Assembly: GCA_964558645.1 (NCBI GenBank)
Contig: CAZLEV010000005.1
Coordinates: 1 to 64,000 of the forward strand
Origin: an uncultured archaeon
GTDB taxonomy: Archaea; Asgardarchaeota; Thorarchaeia; Thorarchaeales; Thorarchaeaceae
DNA: 64,000 nt
Direction: 5' to 3'
This document shows, piece after piece, positions 38,301-48,189 of this stretch (within the stretch, counting starts at the first letter, position 1; each line of letters begins with the position of its first letter). A model generated the notes under the pieces. It made no database searches and was not told the origin of the DNA. It saw only the letters and a program-made list of their open reading frames with translations. Made by a program: the position numbers and the translations under genes.

Positions 38301-38918
38301 TTGATTCAGGCAGTATACGTCCTAGTTGCAGAGAGCGGGTTGTGCGTTGTTGATCGAAAATATGGAGAAGCAACAATGGACCCAAATCTGATCAGCGGGT
38401 TTCTGACAGCCCTCATACAGTTCGGTCGTGAGCTGAGCTCAGGGAACAGGGTCCACGTGATAGATTTTGGAGCCTTCGATATCTGCCTCTCACTGAGAGA
38501 TGACGTGATTGTGGCCGGTTCTGTCGACAAGACAGACGACACCAATGCAGCTATGGCAATCTTGGCGGATGTCAACAACGCGTTTGTCCGTAAGTACGGC
38601 GAAGACCTCAAGAACTGGGACGGTAACCTTGAGCGTTTTGACTTGTTCACCGACAAGATTGATGAGATAACTAAGATGGGGAAAGCCTCCGAGAAAAAAG
38701 TGCTAGTTCCGGTTCTCAAGGGGCGGGTCTCACCCATGCTAGTCAGGCTTGGTCAGCTTGAGCAGTCCACTTTCGATGTGGCGCAGATGTGCAAGGGAAA
38801 ACTGACTTCTCGCGCCATTGCCGACCAGATTGGAAAGCATCTAAGAGATGTCCAGAAAGCCCTTCACGACCTGGAAGATATGCAGATGCTCGAATGGAAA
38901 GAAATTGGCTCTGAGTGA
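38301..38918 (+). CDS. Longin-like domain plus C-terminal winged helix
   Basis: 'MIQAVYVL..SGLC', 'DPNLISGFLTALIQFGREL', 'FVRKY...WDG...FDLF'; wHTH at the C-terminus. Confidence 0.75.
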   Translation: MIQAVYVLVAESGLCVVDRKYGEATMDPNLISGFLTALIQFGRELSSGNRVHVIDFGAFDICLSLRDDVIVAGSVDKTDDTNAAMAILADVNNAFVRKYGEDLKNWDGNLERFDLFTDKIDEITKMGKASEKKVLVPVLKGRVSPMLVRLGQLEQSTFDVAQMCKGKLTSRAIADQIGKHLRDVQKALHDLEDMQMLEWKEIGSE

Positions 38919-38998
38919 GTGCTTTCACCTGCCGTGTGGAAGTTCAGCCGCTCGGCCCCCTCCCAACTAACAACCGGGAGACTCAATTCTGCAGAGTC

Positions 38999-39718
38999 CT
39001 ATCCTTTTGTGGACCACTCGTTTCCCACTGCTATGAGAATCAGAGCAATGACTATCAGGCCCGGTGCAAGCACACCGGGAACTGTGTAGGAGCCGAATAT
39101 CATATCCGCAAGATAGTGTCGTCCTGCATGCACAACCCTCCCTGCGAAGAGCACCATGAATCCAAGACCCAACATGAAGTTCGATCTTCGAAGGAGGCCT
39201 CCAGAAACATATGATAAATACCAAAAGAGGCCTGGAATGAAGAGGGCGTAAACAAGTCCTGCACCCCCGGCTAGAGATGTTCTTGTCCAGTAATCAAGAG
39301 GTGCAACGGCAAGAACCACACCGATGAGAATCGCGGGAATGGCAAAAGCTATCTCCGCCCATCTCTTCCCGAATATCATGAATCCTGCTGTTGCAGACAG
39401 AGTTGCCAAGGCCATCCATTGGAGGAAGGCGCCCATAGCTAGCCATGGTGATGCATCAGGAAGTAGGACTGTGACACCAAGATCAGGAAGACTTCCATAA
39501 AGGGAAGTCGGGTCTGCATAGAAGTCACCCACAAAGTAGAAAGCACGTCCAAGGGCCAGGAGCAGGAAGAACAGGGCCATTGCGAATTGGAAGGGATTCC
39601 TTGTGTTTCGCCATCTAAAGAATAGCAGAAATATGAACAAGAAGAAATAGTAACCAACGACCAGAAACCAAAGCCCGATATGGACTTCTCGGATAGCCAT
39701 GTCAATTGTCTGCATCAT
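38999..39718 (-). CDS. 7-TM membrane protein
   Basis: Seven hydrophobic segments; GGTGAG SD before ATG 39718. Confidence 0.7.
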   Translation of the reverse strand: MMQTIDMAIREVHIGLWFLVVGYYFFLFIFLLFFRWRNTRNPFQFAMALFFLLLALGRAFYFVGDFYADPTSLYGSLPDLGVTVLLPDASPWLAMGAFLQWMALATLSATAGFMIFGKRWAEIAFAIPAILIGVVLAVAPLDYWTRTSLAGGAGLVYALFIPGLFWYLSYVSGGLLRRSNFMLGLGFMVLFAGRVVHAGRHYLADMIFGSYTVPGVLAPGLIVIALILIAVGNEWSTKG

Positions 39719-39800
39719 CTGACTCTCACCTAACAGGATACACCTGAAGAAACGAAGAGCTCCCAACAAATAAAGATATTCCGCGTAATAACAGACATAA

Positions 39801-40271
39801 GTGCAAGCAACTTCTATAACCTGTTCTGTCTATTCTCATCGATGTAATCACAGGATTGATGATTCCTTGACTAGAAAGACGTGGAGCTTAACGAGAGCAG
39901 ATGGTCAAGAAGAGACCTTCATTGATATCAGGAGAAAGGTGGGCAATCAAATTGTGAGAGCATACCTTCTTGAGCGCATAACAGCCAGTGGTGCCATCGA
40001 TAGAATGAAGGCAACTCTAAAGGGACCGAGGAACGAGTTCAAGGACTTCGATAGATATCTGATCTTGTCTGTCCAGAACGGAGTAGACTCGTATAGGATT
40101 CTTGCTCAAGCGAAAGTCTACGAAAACCTGAGAATAGTTGCGACAGACAGTGAAGCTGTCAGCGAGGGGAGTCCTGAAGACATCATTTCACTCTTTACTG
40201 AACCCCTAGAAGACCCCACTTCCTATGATGCAAGACTGGTCATCAGTGAAACCTCTGTGGTCGTTGAGTGA
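39801..40271 (+). CDS. Hypothetical protein (start uncertain)
   Basis: Long ORF filling the gap. Confidence 0.55.
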   Translation: MQATSITCSVYSHRCNHRIDDSLTRKTWSLTRADGQEETFIDIRRKVGNQIVRAYLLERITASGAIDRMKATLKGPRNEFKDFDRYLILSVQNGVDSYRILAQAKVYENLRIVATDSEAVSEGSPEDIISLFTEPLEDPTSYDARLVISETSVVVE

Positions 40272-40308
40272 GTTTGTCACTAGTGAGAAATGGATTGATG
40301 TGAACTGA

Positions 40309-40503
40309 ATGCCCGATAGATATGCTGACTGTCCTGTCTGTGGTGCCAAGACTGTATTGAGGATACCTGAGAATATCACAGAAAATGCAACTCGATTTCC
40401 GTTTACCGTGAAGGTAGTCCACAATGATCACTACTTCTATGTGAACCTCGATAGCAGAGCTTGGATAACGGACATACTCCATCCGGATTCGGTCGAGAGT
40501 TAG
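40309..40503 (+). CDS. Small C2H2-type zinc-ribbon protein
   Basis: 'CPVCG...HNDH', then 'YFYVNLD'. Confidence 0.7.
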   Translation: MPDRYADCPVCGAKTVLRIPENITENATRFPFTVKVVHNDHYFYVNLDSRAWITDILHPDSVES

Positions 40504-40504
40504 T

Positions 40505-41314
40505 CTAGCCGATATAACGGTCAGAGGGGCTTTCATCGGATTCCGAAACAGACTCTATGTTTTCCATTTCGCTCTTGGCCCAGTCGATGAACTTCTCTAC
40601 CTTGGCTTCCCCATCATCGAGAACACTGAGGTCAGCCTTGACTCCAAGATGAGAACACAAGGTCTCCAAGACCTTCTTGGCAGAGCGATAATCCATCTTG
40701 ATCATACCGATTGTTTCGCCAAGAAGACAGGCACTCTCCATATTGTACATAGTTGATGCCCATACTGGAACGATTCCGTTTGCACCTGTAATGATGCCGT
40801 TCTCTGTGCTCACAGTATCAGGTATCTCTAAGAGAGATGAAAGGAGCCCCTTCTCACTGGCAGAGAGGAAGATTCTAGGGTGAGAGGGGTATGAAGCAAA
40901 GAAACTCTTGTAGTCCTGTTCATACGCGGCTAAAGCGTACACCTGCTCCACACCCAAGAATGTGAATTGCTGTGCCATGAAATCAGCATATTCGAACACG
41001 CCTCTGCCACTTGCAGGCTGGAAATCGGCCATGACAATCAGCAGATCGTGCTCCTCATCAGGGGCGGATCTATAAAGATGGATGGAGGACCTGGGAAAAT
41101 GTGACAGACCATCCTTCACGAACACCTTCGGAGGATTGTCCGGACTGAATACTTCCATGAATAACTGTGCGTTGATGATTTGCCCAAGGGTCTCAACAGC
41201 AATCCTACCAACATTTCCGATGCCCGGAAGACCCATTACAGCTACAGGTTTCGATAGCGATGATGAGTCTATATCCAAGTACTTCCGTGAGTACAGATGA
41301 TTCCCGTTATTCAT
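40505..41314 (-). CDS. PAC2-family proteasome assembly chaperone
   Basis: 'GLPGIGNVGRIA', 'DFQP', 'ITGANG', 'CLLGET', 'DYRSAK', C-terminal 'YIG'. Confidence 0.85.
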   Translation of the reverse strand: MNNGNHLYSRKYLDIDSSSLSKPVAVMGLPGIGNVGRIAVETLGQIINAQLFMEVFSPDNPPKVFVKDGLSHFPRSSIHLYRSAPDEEHDLLIVMADFQPASGRGVFEYADFMAQQFTFLGVEQVYALAAYEQDYKSFFASYPSHPRIFLSASEKGLLSSLLEIPDTVSTENGIITGANGIVPVWASTMYNMESACLLGETIGMIKMDYRSAKKVLETLCSHLGVKADLSVLDDGEAKVEKFIDWAKSEMENIESVSESDESPSDRYIG

Positions 41315-41345
41315 AGGTTACCATATGAAGGCTCCAGTTATTGCA

Positions 41346-42113
41346 CTATCGGTTGTCCGATTTGACACCATAGAAAGAAAGAGCGTTGCGTGTGGTCTGT
41401 TCGGCGATAACGCTGATGTCTTGGTCTAGTATCTCAGCAAGACTCTCACAGCCATGTACTATGTTGGCAGGTTCGTTTCGCCCTTCGACAGGTGAGAGAT
41501 ACGGACCATCGGTTTCAAGCATGAGTTGTTCAATAGGAAGAATCCTGGCTGCTTCCGCTCGTTTTCTATACTTAGCAAAATTCGCTGGTAGAGTAATTGA
41601 CCAACCGTTGTCCCGGATGCGTCTGGCATCTTCTACTGAACCTTCGAAGCAATGCATGAGAACTGAACCATGAAACCGTTCTTCTATGAACTCAGTTGCC
41701 CGAGTCTCTGCTTTTCTAGAATGAACCACCAGTGGCAATTCTAACTCCCGAGCCAGATCGATGAACCTCTCGAAGAGCGGCTCCTGAAACCTCCGACCTG
41801 CGTCATCCTTCACCCAGTGATAGTCAAGACCGACCTCGCCCACTGCAACGATTTGATCCCGGTATCTCCTGGTGAGATGTATGATCTTATCGGTCTCTTC
41901 GGGAGTGAGCCTCGAAACAGAAGTCCCTGCAGTATGATAGACCAGACCGGGGTATTTCTCAACAATGCCAAGTGTGCGGCGAAAAGATCCGGGACCTATT
42001 GAACTCGTGACCATTCCGACCACTCCTGCATTGACAGCACGCTCAATGACCTGATTGAGATCGTGTTGGTAGTGCTTCATATCCAGGTGCGTATGTGAGT
42101 CAAATAGACGCAT
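41346..42113 (-). CDS. tatD: TatD family DNase
   Basis: 'DSHTHLD', 'VGEVGLDY', 'VHSR', 'MHCF', 'LETDGPYL', 'NEP'. Confidence 0.93.
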   Translation of the reverse strand: MRLFDSHTHLDMKHYQHDLNQVIERAVNAGVVGMVTSSIGPGSFRRTLGIVEKYPGLVYHTAGTSVSRLTPEETDKIIHLTRRYRDQIVAVGEVGLDYHWVKDDAGRRFQEPLFERFIDLARELELPLVVHSRKAETRATEFIEERFHGSVLMHCFEGSVEDARRIRDNGWSITLPANFAKYRKRAEAARILPIEQLMLETDGPYLSPVEGRNEPANIVHGCESLAEILDQDISVIAEQTTRNALSFYGVKSDNR

Positions 42114-42197
42114 TTCGATAACGCTCTCGAGGTCCTATGAATACACCCGCAATTTCCTTTTTATCGTCACTGGTGTGCTAAACACTGGGAAGGCCAA

Positions 42198-43097
42198 ATG
42201 TCAGATTCCAATGACCGACTAAAAGAAAAGACACTGCAGATTGCATCATTGAATCAGAAGCTTGAGGTATTGCAAGCACAACTCTCTGGAAGTCAGAAAC
42301 GAGCGCATAATCTTGGTCAGCAAGTGGAAGAGTTGGAGCGTACTATCGAGAGAAAGGACGATGAAATCCGAATCTTGCAGTCCGAACTAAGCCGGACAAA
42401 GGACGCTCTGGATAGTGTAGGTGAGCAGATGCGTGACCTAAGATCGAGTCAGACAGAGAGCTACTCCAAAAGAGGCCCAACAGAGAGCAATCAATCGCTG
42501 GAAGAAAGCCTGCAGGTGACCAAGAGAAAGGCGGACATGCTTGCGGAGGATCTCAAGAAGCTGTCTGGCGCTGCAATGGCCCTGCTCAATGATGAAGAGG
42601 GGGCAAGAGAGAAGCTCAGAGAAACGGTCATGGAGGTTGGAGACCCCAAGTACAAAGTCCTCAACCTCGTTCTCAACAAGAGGAAAGTCAGTATCGAAGA
42701 GACTGCTGCAGTCATAGTTGCAGATATGTCAGAAACTCTGAGCATAATTGACGAGTTACAGAATGCAGAGGAGATAGAAGTCCAGGATGGTCAGATGGTA
42801 GTCCCTAGCAAGAAGTATCGGGTAGCCCCGATTCCGTTGGACAAGTGGAAGACCGCAGAACCCGTGCAGATCTTTGATGAGCTTGGGGAGATAATTGGCA
42901 AGACCGAGGGGCATGAGAACATAGCAGAAGCGGTTGAAAAGGCAGTGGACATCCTAGAACAGAAACTTGCTCGAGGAGGTGCATTAATCTTTGAGATGCG
43001 TCGAACAGCCAATAAATGGAGATCCAAACAAGCGGACATTGAAGGGCTACAGTACAAAGTCAGGGAGTGGAAGCAAAGGGCAATTAACCTCGGTTAG
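42198..43097 (+). CDS. Long coiled-coil plus winged-helix-like protein
   Basis: N-terminal ~130-aa heptad coil; 'KYKVLNLV...SIEETA...IIDELQNAEEIEVQDG' wHTH-like segment. Confidence 0.7.
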   Translation: MSDSNDRLKEKTLQIASLNQKLEVLQAQLSGSQKRAHNLGQQVEELERTIERKDDEIRILQSELSRTKDALDSVGEQMRDLRSSQTESYSKRGPTESNQSLEESLQVTKRKADMLAEDLKKLSGAAMALLNDEEGAREKLRETVMEVGDPKYKVLNLVLNKRKVSIEETAAVIVADMSETLSIIDELQNAEEIEVQDGQMVVPSKKYRVAPIPLDKWKTAEPVQIFDELGEIIGKTEGHENIAEAVEKAVDILEQKLARGGALIFEMRRTANKWRSKQADIEGLQYKVREWKQRAINLG

Positions 43098-43510
43098 TGG
43101 TTGGAGTCTTTCTTGATTGCATCACGAACATACTCCCCGAAGTCTGAGGTCTCCCCATCCCTGTGAACACGAATCTTTGGTTCCTCCCCCTTTATCTGGC
43201 GTTCAATATACCTTACATCAATCTGTGAGAAGACCTGTCGAATCCCACGATAGACTATCAAATATAGAATGATCTCTTGAACTCGCGCCCCAACAGCAGG
43301 CTCACGTTCTTTTAGGGTCTTGAGGTATTCTTGTGCGTCTTGGGCAAGGAATTTCTTAAGGATTGCTTCTTGCCGCTCTGAGGCTTTCTCCTCCCGTTCT
43401 CTGTCGGCCTCCTGCTGCTCCTGTTTCCTCATCATCTGAGCCATCTTCCGCCTCCGAATCATCGAGAGTTCGTCATCATCGTTCAGGAGTATTCCCTCAG
43501 AACGAGGCAC
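43094..43510 (-). CDS. PDCD5-like double-stranded DNA-binding protein
   Basis: 'DDELSMIRRRKMAQM...EAILKKFLAQDAQEYL', 'EPKIRV'. Confidence 0.75.
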   Translation of the reverse strand: MPRSEGILLNDDDELSMIRRRKMAQMMRKQEQQEADREREEKASERQEAILKKFLAQDAQEYLKTLKEREPAVGARVQEIILYLIVYRGIRQVFSQIDVRYIERQIKGEEPKIRVHRDGETSDFGEYVRDAIKKDSNH

Positions 43511-43602
43511 ATTGCGTTTTCAGTTAAACATGTCGATACAGCGAGCATTGCTTTTTTAGGGACAACTGAGAGAGTCCAGATGAACATTGAATCCAGAAAC
43601 AC

Positions 43603-44556
43603 GTGGGAGGTTCTCTCTTGACACAAGAAGAAACATGTTCATGGCTGACATCGGCCGATTCGAGCAACTACTGTGAGATGAGGAAGCAAGAACTTCCACG
43701 TCCGGAGGTGGAAGCCAAGTGTACTAGATTCGACCGCTCACTAATCTGCATTGACGCTTATAGCTCGTTATACAAAGGAAAAGAGTTAGCAGACGATAAC
43801 AGCACAGATGCCATTCTCTGGTTCATTGAATCGGCCACTCAATTCGAGAACCTAGGGGAAACGGATAACGCCATCCTTGCCTGTATCCGTGCCATTGAAC
43901 TCGCCACAAAGAATGGCCTGGTTGAGAGGGCATATGAGGTGTTCCGCTACGGCCGATCAGTCTACGAAAAGGGGATTACCAGTGAAGACCCTGCTCTATC
44001 AGACTCCGCACTAAAACAGAAACTTGTGAAGGCGGGAGAGAAGATGGTGGCCAAGGCCAGAGAATCTGCTGAAGATGATGATGTGCGAGTGATGCAGGCG
44101 GAGCTGAAGGCGGCGGTACTGGGTGGAGCTGCCCTCAAGAGAGTTAAGAGAGATGAGATGAAGAAGGAGCTTGTCATTGTCGAGGGAAGGCAGCTATATA
44201 CTAAGAAAGCAAAGGAGTACAAAGAGGGGGCAGACACTTTCGTCGCCTCCGGAGTAATCCAGAATGCCGTTACTTTTGCATGTCTCGGAGCCCTAGCTGA
44301 CCTTATGCTTGGTAAACCAAAGGAGGGAATATCATACCTGACAGAAACAGCGGCAAATTCCGGCTTCAGAGACCGTTTCCAAGAGAGTGTTTGCTTCCAA
44401 TGGGCGAAATTGCTCTTCAGAGCACATGTGAGCAGAGATGAGGAAGCAATAAACAAAGCGAGGAAACTGTTTCTCAGAATCCCTTGGTCATTCAAAGATG
44501 ATAAGGAATTCGGCAGACGGGTCATGGATTTTGTGTACAGGCGTGTCAGCCGGTGA
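43603..44556 (+). CDS. TPR/SNAP-like helical-repeat protein (start uncertain)
   Basis: 'AILWFIESATQFENLG', 'AKEYKEGADTF', 'FQESVCFQWAKLLFRAH'. Confidence 0.55.
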   Translation: MGGSLLTQEETCSWLTSADSSNYCEMRKQELPRPEVEAKCTRFDRSLICIDAYSSLYKGKELADDNSTDAILWFIESATQFENLGETDNAILACIRAIELATKNGLVERAYEVFRYGRSVYEKGITSEDPALSDSALKQKLVKAGEKMVAKARESAEDDDVRVMQAELKAAVLGGAALKRVKRDEMKKELVIVEGRQLYTKKAKEYKEGADTFVASGVIQNAVTFACLGALADLMLGKPKEGISYLTETAANSGFRDRFQESVCFQWAKLLFRAHVSRDEEAINKARKLFLRIPWSFKDDKEFGRRVMDFVYRRVSR

Positions 44557-45895
44557 TTCGCAGTTTCGCAACAAAAAACCCATTGGTATCATGAAGATGG
44601 GGAAAGAACCGACACACCCAAGGAGAACACCTGAACCCTCGATAGCCCTTCTCACCAACAGGAGGTAGATCGACAAGCTCGACTGAGTGCCTAGTTAGTG
44701 CTGAGTCGATTTGGGATTCGCCTTCGTGAGGGAGCAGTGAGCATGTTGAATACACTATCTCCGTTCCAGGACGTTCGGAGTATGCAGAGAGTATAGCATC
44801 AAGGATCTTGTTCTGAATGGCCATTAGATCGAATAGGGTCTTTTTATTCAACCGCCACTTGAATGACGGGTTGTTTGATAGAATTCCAGTAGAAGTACAA
44901 GGCGCATCAATGAGTATCTTCTCTGCGGCAGATATGACTGGTCTTGTGGCATCAGCCCTCAAGAACGCCACCTTCTCATAACCGAGTTTCTGAGACCGCC
45001 TTACAGATACTCTCAGTCGGCTGGCACTGAGGTCGGTAGCCACAAGGCGGCCCTGTTCATTCATCTGTTCCCATATGAGCTGTGTCTTCATGCCAGGAGC
45101 GGCACAAGCATCCCAGACAATAGCCCCACTCTGAGGAGACAATGCTTGCACTGCGAACACGCTACTCTTGTCTTGTAGAAGCACATACCCCGACCTATAA
45201 GCATCAGATTTGATGACATTCACTACCGAATCGTTCAAACGGTACAGACCGGTCAAATCACTATCCTCGCGGAGAGAAACACCTTCATCGATGAGCTCAC
45301 GAGTTCCTTCACTTGCGGCGTCAAGGAGAAGGTTGGGCCGAACATAATTAGTTGGCGGCTCATTGTTCGCCTTCATCAAGTCGATGGTCGCGGATTCTCC
45401 AAGATGCTTCAGAAGAACTTCCACGAGAAAACTGGGATGAGAATATTCAATGCTCAACCGCTCAGAGATGGTCAAACCCTCCATGTATTCTTCGAGATGG
45501 GCCTGACCTATGCATGCAAGGGCTTCCTTTGCATCTGCATACTTGGACAGATACCCTTCAGCAATCTCGCTGCAGTCTTTATGTTTCCAGATGACCTCGA
45601 ATACGCCAAGCCGCAGCGCGTTTCGCTGCCTCTTTGTGAGTCGATTCAGGGGGACGCCGGTCAAGCACCGAGCAATGAGAAAGTCTATTGTGTTCAAGAA
45701 TCGGACAACTCCAAGACAGAGTGACTCAACGACCCCCATGCTCTGCTGCCCAATTTGCTGGGCAATTCTAGACCTGCGAAGGATATCTTTCAGTGAGGAG
45801 TCAGATTGATCATACTGAGTGAGTAGCTCTATGGCAAGTGCCCTTATCCGCCTCGAGTCAGAGGGTTTCTCAACCTTCTCTCTACTGGAACTCAT
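44546..45895 (-). CDS. RsmB/NOP2-family RNA m5C methyltransferase with NusB-like N-terminal domain
   Basis: 'QDKSS', 'DACAAPGMKT', 'DAPCTSTG', 'YSTCS', 'GFFVAK'; ATG 45895 overlaps the upstream stop (ATGA). Confidence 0.9.
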   Translation of the reverse strand: MSSSREKVEKPSDSRRIRALAIELLTQYDQSDSSLKDILRRSRIAQQIGQQSMGVVESLCLGVVRFLNTIDFLIARCLTGVPLNRLTKRQRNALRLGVFEVIWKHKDCSEIAEGYLSKYADAKEALACIGQAHLEEYMEGLTISERLSIEYSHPSFLVEVLLKHLGESATIDLMKANNEPPTNYVRPNLLLDAASEGTRELIDEGVSLREDSDLTGLYRLNDSVVNVIKSDAYRSGYVLLQDKSSVFAVQALSPQSGAIVWDACAAPGMKTQLIWEQMNEQGRLVATDLSASRLRVSVRRSQKLGYEKVAFLRADATRPVISAAEKILIDAPCTSTGILSNNPSFKWRLNKKTLFDLMAIQNKILDAILSAYSERPGTEIVYSTCSLLPHEGESQIDSALTRHSVELVDLPPVGEKGYRGFRCSPWVCRFFPHLHDTNGFFVAKLRITG

Positions 45896-47559
45896 GCAAG
45901 CTCTACATCCGGACCTACATGCACATATTTCATTCGTGTCAGCATCTCGGGGAAGTACTTGCCGCCGATTATGCCTGAGTCCTTGTATCCCCCTAGGTGC
46001 GGCATGTAGGGGTCGAAATAGAGATGGTCCTGTCCGACAGTAACGCCACCAGCCTTCACACCCTTGACCCATTTCATCCTCACATCAACATCATCAGTAA
46101 AGACTGAAGACCTTAGACCAAAACGTGACATATTGGCAATCTCAATGGCCTCCTCGACGCTTCGGACTCTTCGAACAGGAAGAGCTGGGGCGAAGACCTC
46201 TTCCTGCATTACCCTCATGTCAAGTGAAGCCTCGGTAATGACTGTGGGTTTGAAGAAGACTCCTGCAGGATCATGCTCGCCGAGGTGGTTGCAACGATAC
46301 CCGCCAGTTTCGATCTTGGCACCTTTGGCAAGTGCATCTGCCAATTGATCGATGAGAAGATATAGTGCTGTAAGCCCTATCGGCGGAAGACTCGTTTCCT
46401 TGTCAGACGGGCGACCCACTTTGAGTTTCTTGGCCTCCTCCACTACAAGACGCACAAGTTCATCATGAAGTTCCTCTTGCACAAGAAGTCTTTTCACGGC
46501 CATGCATGCTTGGCCGCTACCAAGGAATCTACCTTTCACAATCATCTTGGCTGCAAATGAGAGATCAACATCTCGTCCCCAGACAAGACAAGCATCGCTT
46601 CCAGCCAGTTCAGGAGCCATCTGGACCCTATTAGTAACTGCTTGGGCCCAGAGATTGATACCCGTATCGCTATCTCCGTACCAGACCAAGGCGCCTACTG
46701 CGGGGTCATTCATCAGACGGCGCATCATCTTCTTACCTCCGCCAGTTAGTGTTTGGATCATTGCAGCGGGTAATCCGAGTTCTACAAAGGTCTGAGAGAA
46801 TATCTTGGTGAGTAGAATAGTGCTGAGTGGGACCTTGCTGGGTGGCTTCAGAATGGTTGCGTTTCCTGCAAGTATTGATGATGTGATACTCAGAATGCCC
46901 AGGGCAAGAGGCGAATTGTAAGGAGTGAAGAGACATGCAATGCCAAATGGTTCTCTGAATCGATAGTTGCTTCCGCCATCACGACCAGGGTCAGCCACAA
47001 CATCCAGATGCTCTCCCCAGAGTTCGAACGTCTCTCGTTCCAGATACTCTGTGAACATACTCCAGGTCCATTCAAAGGTCTTGATTGGGACACCCTCCTT
47101 AACGGATATGTCTCTGACTTCCTTAAACCGGTCTTTGACAGCCAGACCTGCTTTGTAGAGAGCATCGACCCGTTCATCCAGTGTGGCGCCCATGCCCTCA
47201 ACGCGGAATGGATTGAAAAGCTTGTCATGATCTCTGAGACCTGACAGAAGGGCACGTTTGATGTCCTCTTCTCGGGCTAGAGAAACCTTTGCGTAGGTTA
47301 CGTCTTCCAGCTCATTGTTGGAATACTTGGGAACACCATGGGCGTTACGGTAGTCTCGAAGGTATCGCATCTCAGCGGACTTTGTGGGAATCAATCGGGG
47401 GAACCTTGCGAAAACCAAACGCTGTGTTCCTGAAGCCTCACGAAGCTGAAGGGCTATTGCCAAACCCGGATCAACCGAAACCTTGTCCATATCTGGAAAA
47501 GACACATAGTGTCCGGTATCGACCTCTTCACCATCTACAATAATCGGAAAGACTTCCAC
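45892..47559 (-). CDS. Aldehyde dehydrogenase family protein
   Basis: 'REPFG', 'TPYNSP', 'LKPPS', 'ELAGSD', 'GQAC', 'EEVFAP', 'GGYKDSG'. Confidence 0.88.
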   Translation of the reverse strand: MEVFPIIVDGEEVDTGHYVSFPDMDKVSVDPGLAIALQLREASGTQRLVFARFPRLIPTKSAEMRYLRDYRNAHGVPKYSNNELEDVTYAKVSLAREEDIKRALLSGLRDHDKLFNPFRVEGMGATLDERVDALYKAGLAVKDRFKEVRDISVKEGVPIKTFEWTWSMFTEYLERETFELWGEHLDVVADPGRDGGSNYRFREPFGIACLFTPYNSPLALGILSITSSILAGNATILKPPSKVPLSTILLTKIFSQTFVELGLPAAMIQTLTGGGKKMMRRLMNDPAVGALVWYGDSDTGINLWAQAVTNRVQMAPELAGSDACLVWGRDVDLSFAAKMIVKGRFLGSGQACMAVKRLLVQEELHDELVRLVVEEAKKLKVGRPSDKETSLPPIGLTALYLLIDQLADALAKGAKIETGGYRCNHLGEHDPAGVFFKPTVITEASLDMRVMQEEVFAPALPVRRVRSVEEAIEIANMSRFGLRSSVFTDDVDVRMKWVKGVKAGGVTVGQDHLYFDPYMPHLGGYKDSGIIGGKYFPEMLTRMKYVHVGPDVELA

Positions 47560-47628
47560 GTGGCTCCCTCGTTAAGGTGTTAATCGTTGAGGCCGTGCAG
47601 TCGGTCTAATAGTCTTTCGTTTGTGAGA

Positions 47629-48147
47629 TTATTCCAATGGTTTCTCATACATCTGGACAAGCATTCCCTCATCTTGCTCGTATGGCTTCCCCCATGGACG
47701 GAAACCAAACTTGTCCATCAAACGTAATGCAATATCTTGACCAACAAGAATGTTGCAGTAGTTCCGTTTGCATCCGTGAGCTCGACCATACTCTGAGAAC
47801 TGACGATACATTGCTGAGGCTAGACCAGTGCCTCTGCACCCTCGAACTACTGTCTGATGCTCTCCATATAGGCCCTTCTCTGTAATCTTGGCCTTGTAGA
47901 CACCCACAATTCGGCCTTCAAGTCGGGCGCCAAAATAGTGGTATCCGTTTCGCATATCTTCGATAATCTGTTCGGGTGAATACTGCCGCTTCTTCCTCCA
48001 AGATTCTGGGTAATCGATTGCTCCTGGCCACACTTCTCTGAAGAGCTCTGATATCTCCTCAGCATCCTCTTCTCGAAACTCTATAATCCTGATCTTCTCA
48101 GGTGGCCAGTCCGCCATTACTAAGCGCCTCTTTTGATACCAAGACAT
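47629..48147 (-). CDS. GNAT family N-acetyltransferase
   Basis: 'RGTGLASAM' acetyl-CoA motif, 'KFGF'. Confidence 0.8.
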   Translation of the reverse strand: MSWYQKRRLVMADWPPEKIRIIEFREEDAEEISELFREVWPGAIDYPESWRKKRQYSPEQIIEDMRNGYHYFGARLEGRIVGVYKAKITEKGLYGEHQTVVRGCRGTGLASAMYRQFSEYGRAHGCKRNYCNILVGQDIALRLMDKFGFRPWGKPYEQDEGMLVQMYEKPLE

Positions 48148-48189
48148 CTCTAAGGAGAAGCCCTTTCATAAATCTCTTCGTGGCGGCTA

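Noticed and set aside
45896-46072. N-terminal extension of the RsmB-like ORF overlapping the ALDH gene
   Set aside because: True start is more likely ATG 45895 (ATGA overlap); the extension is not protein-like
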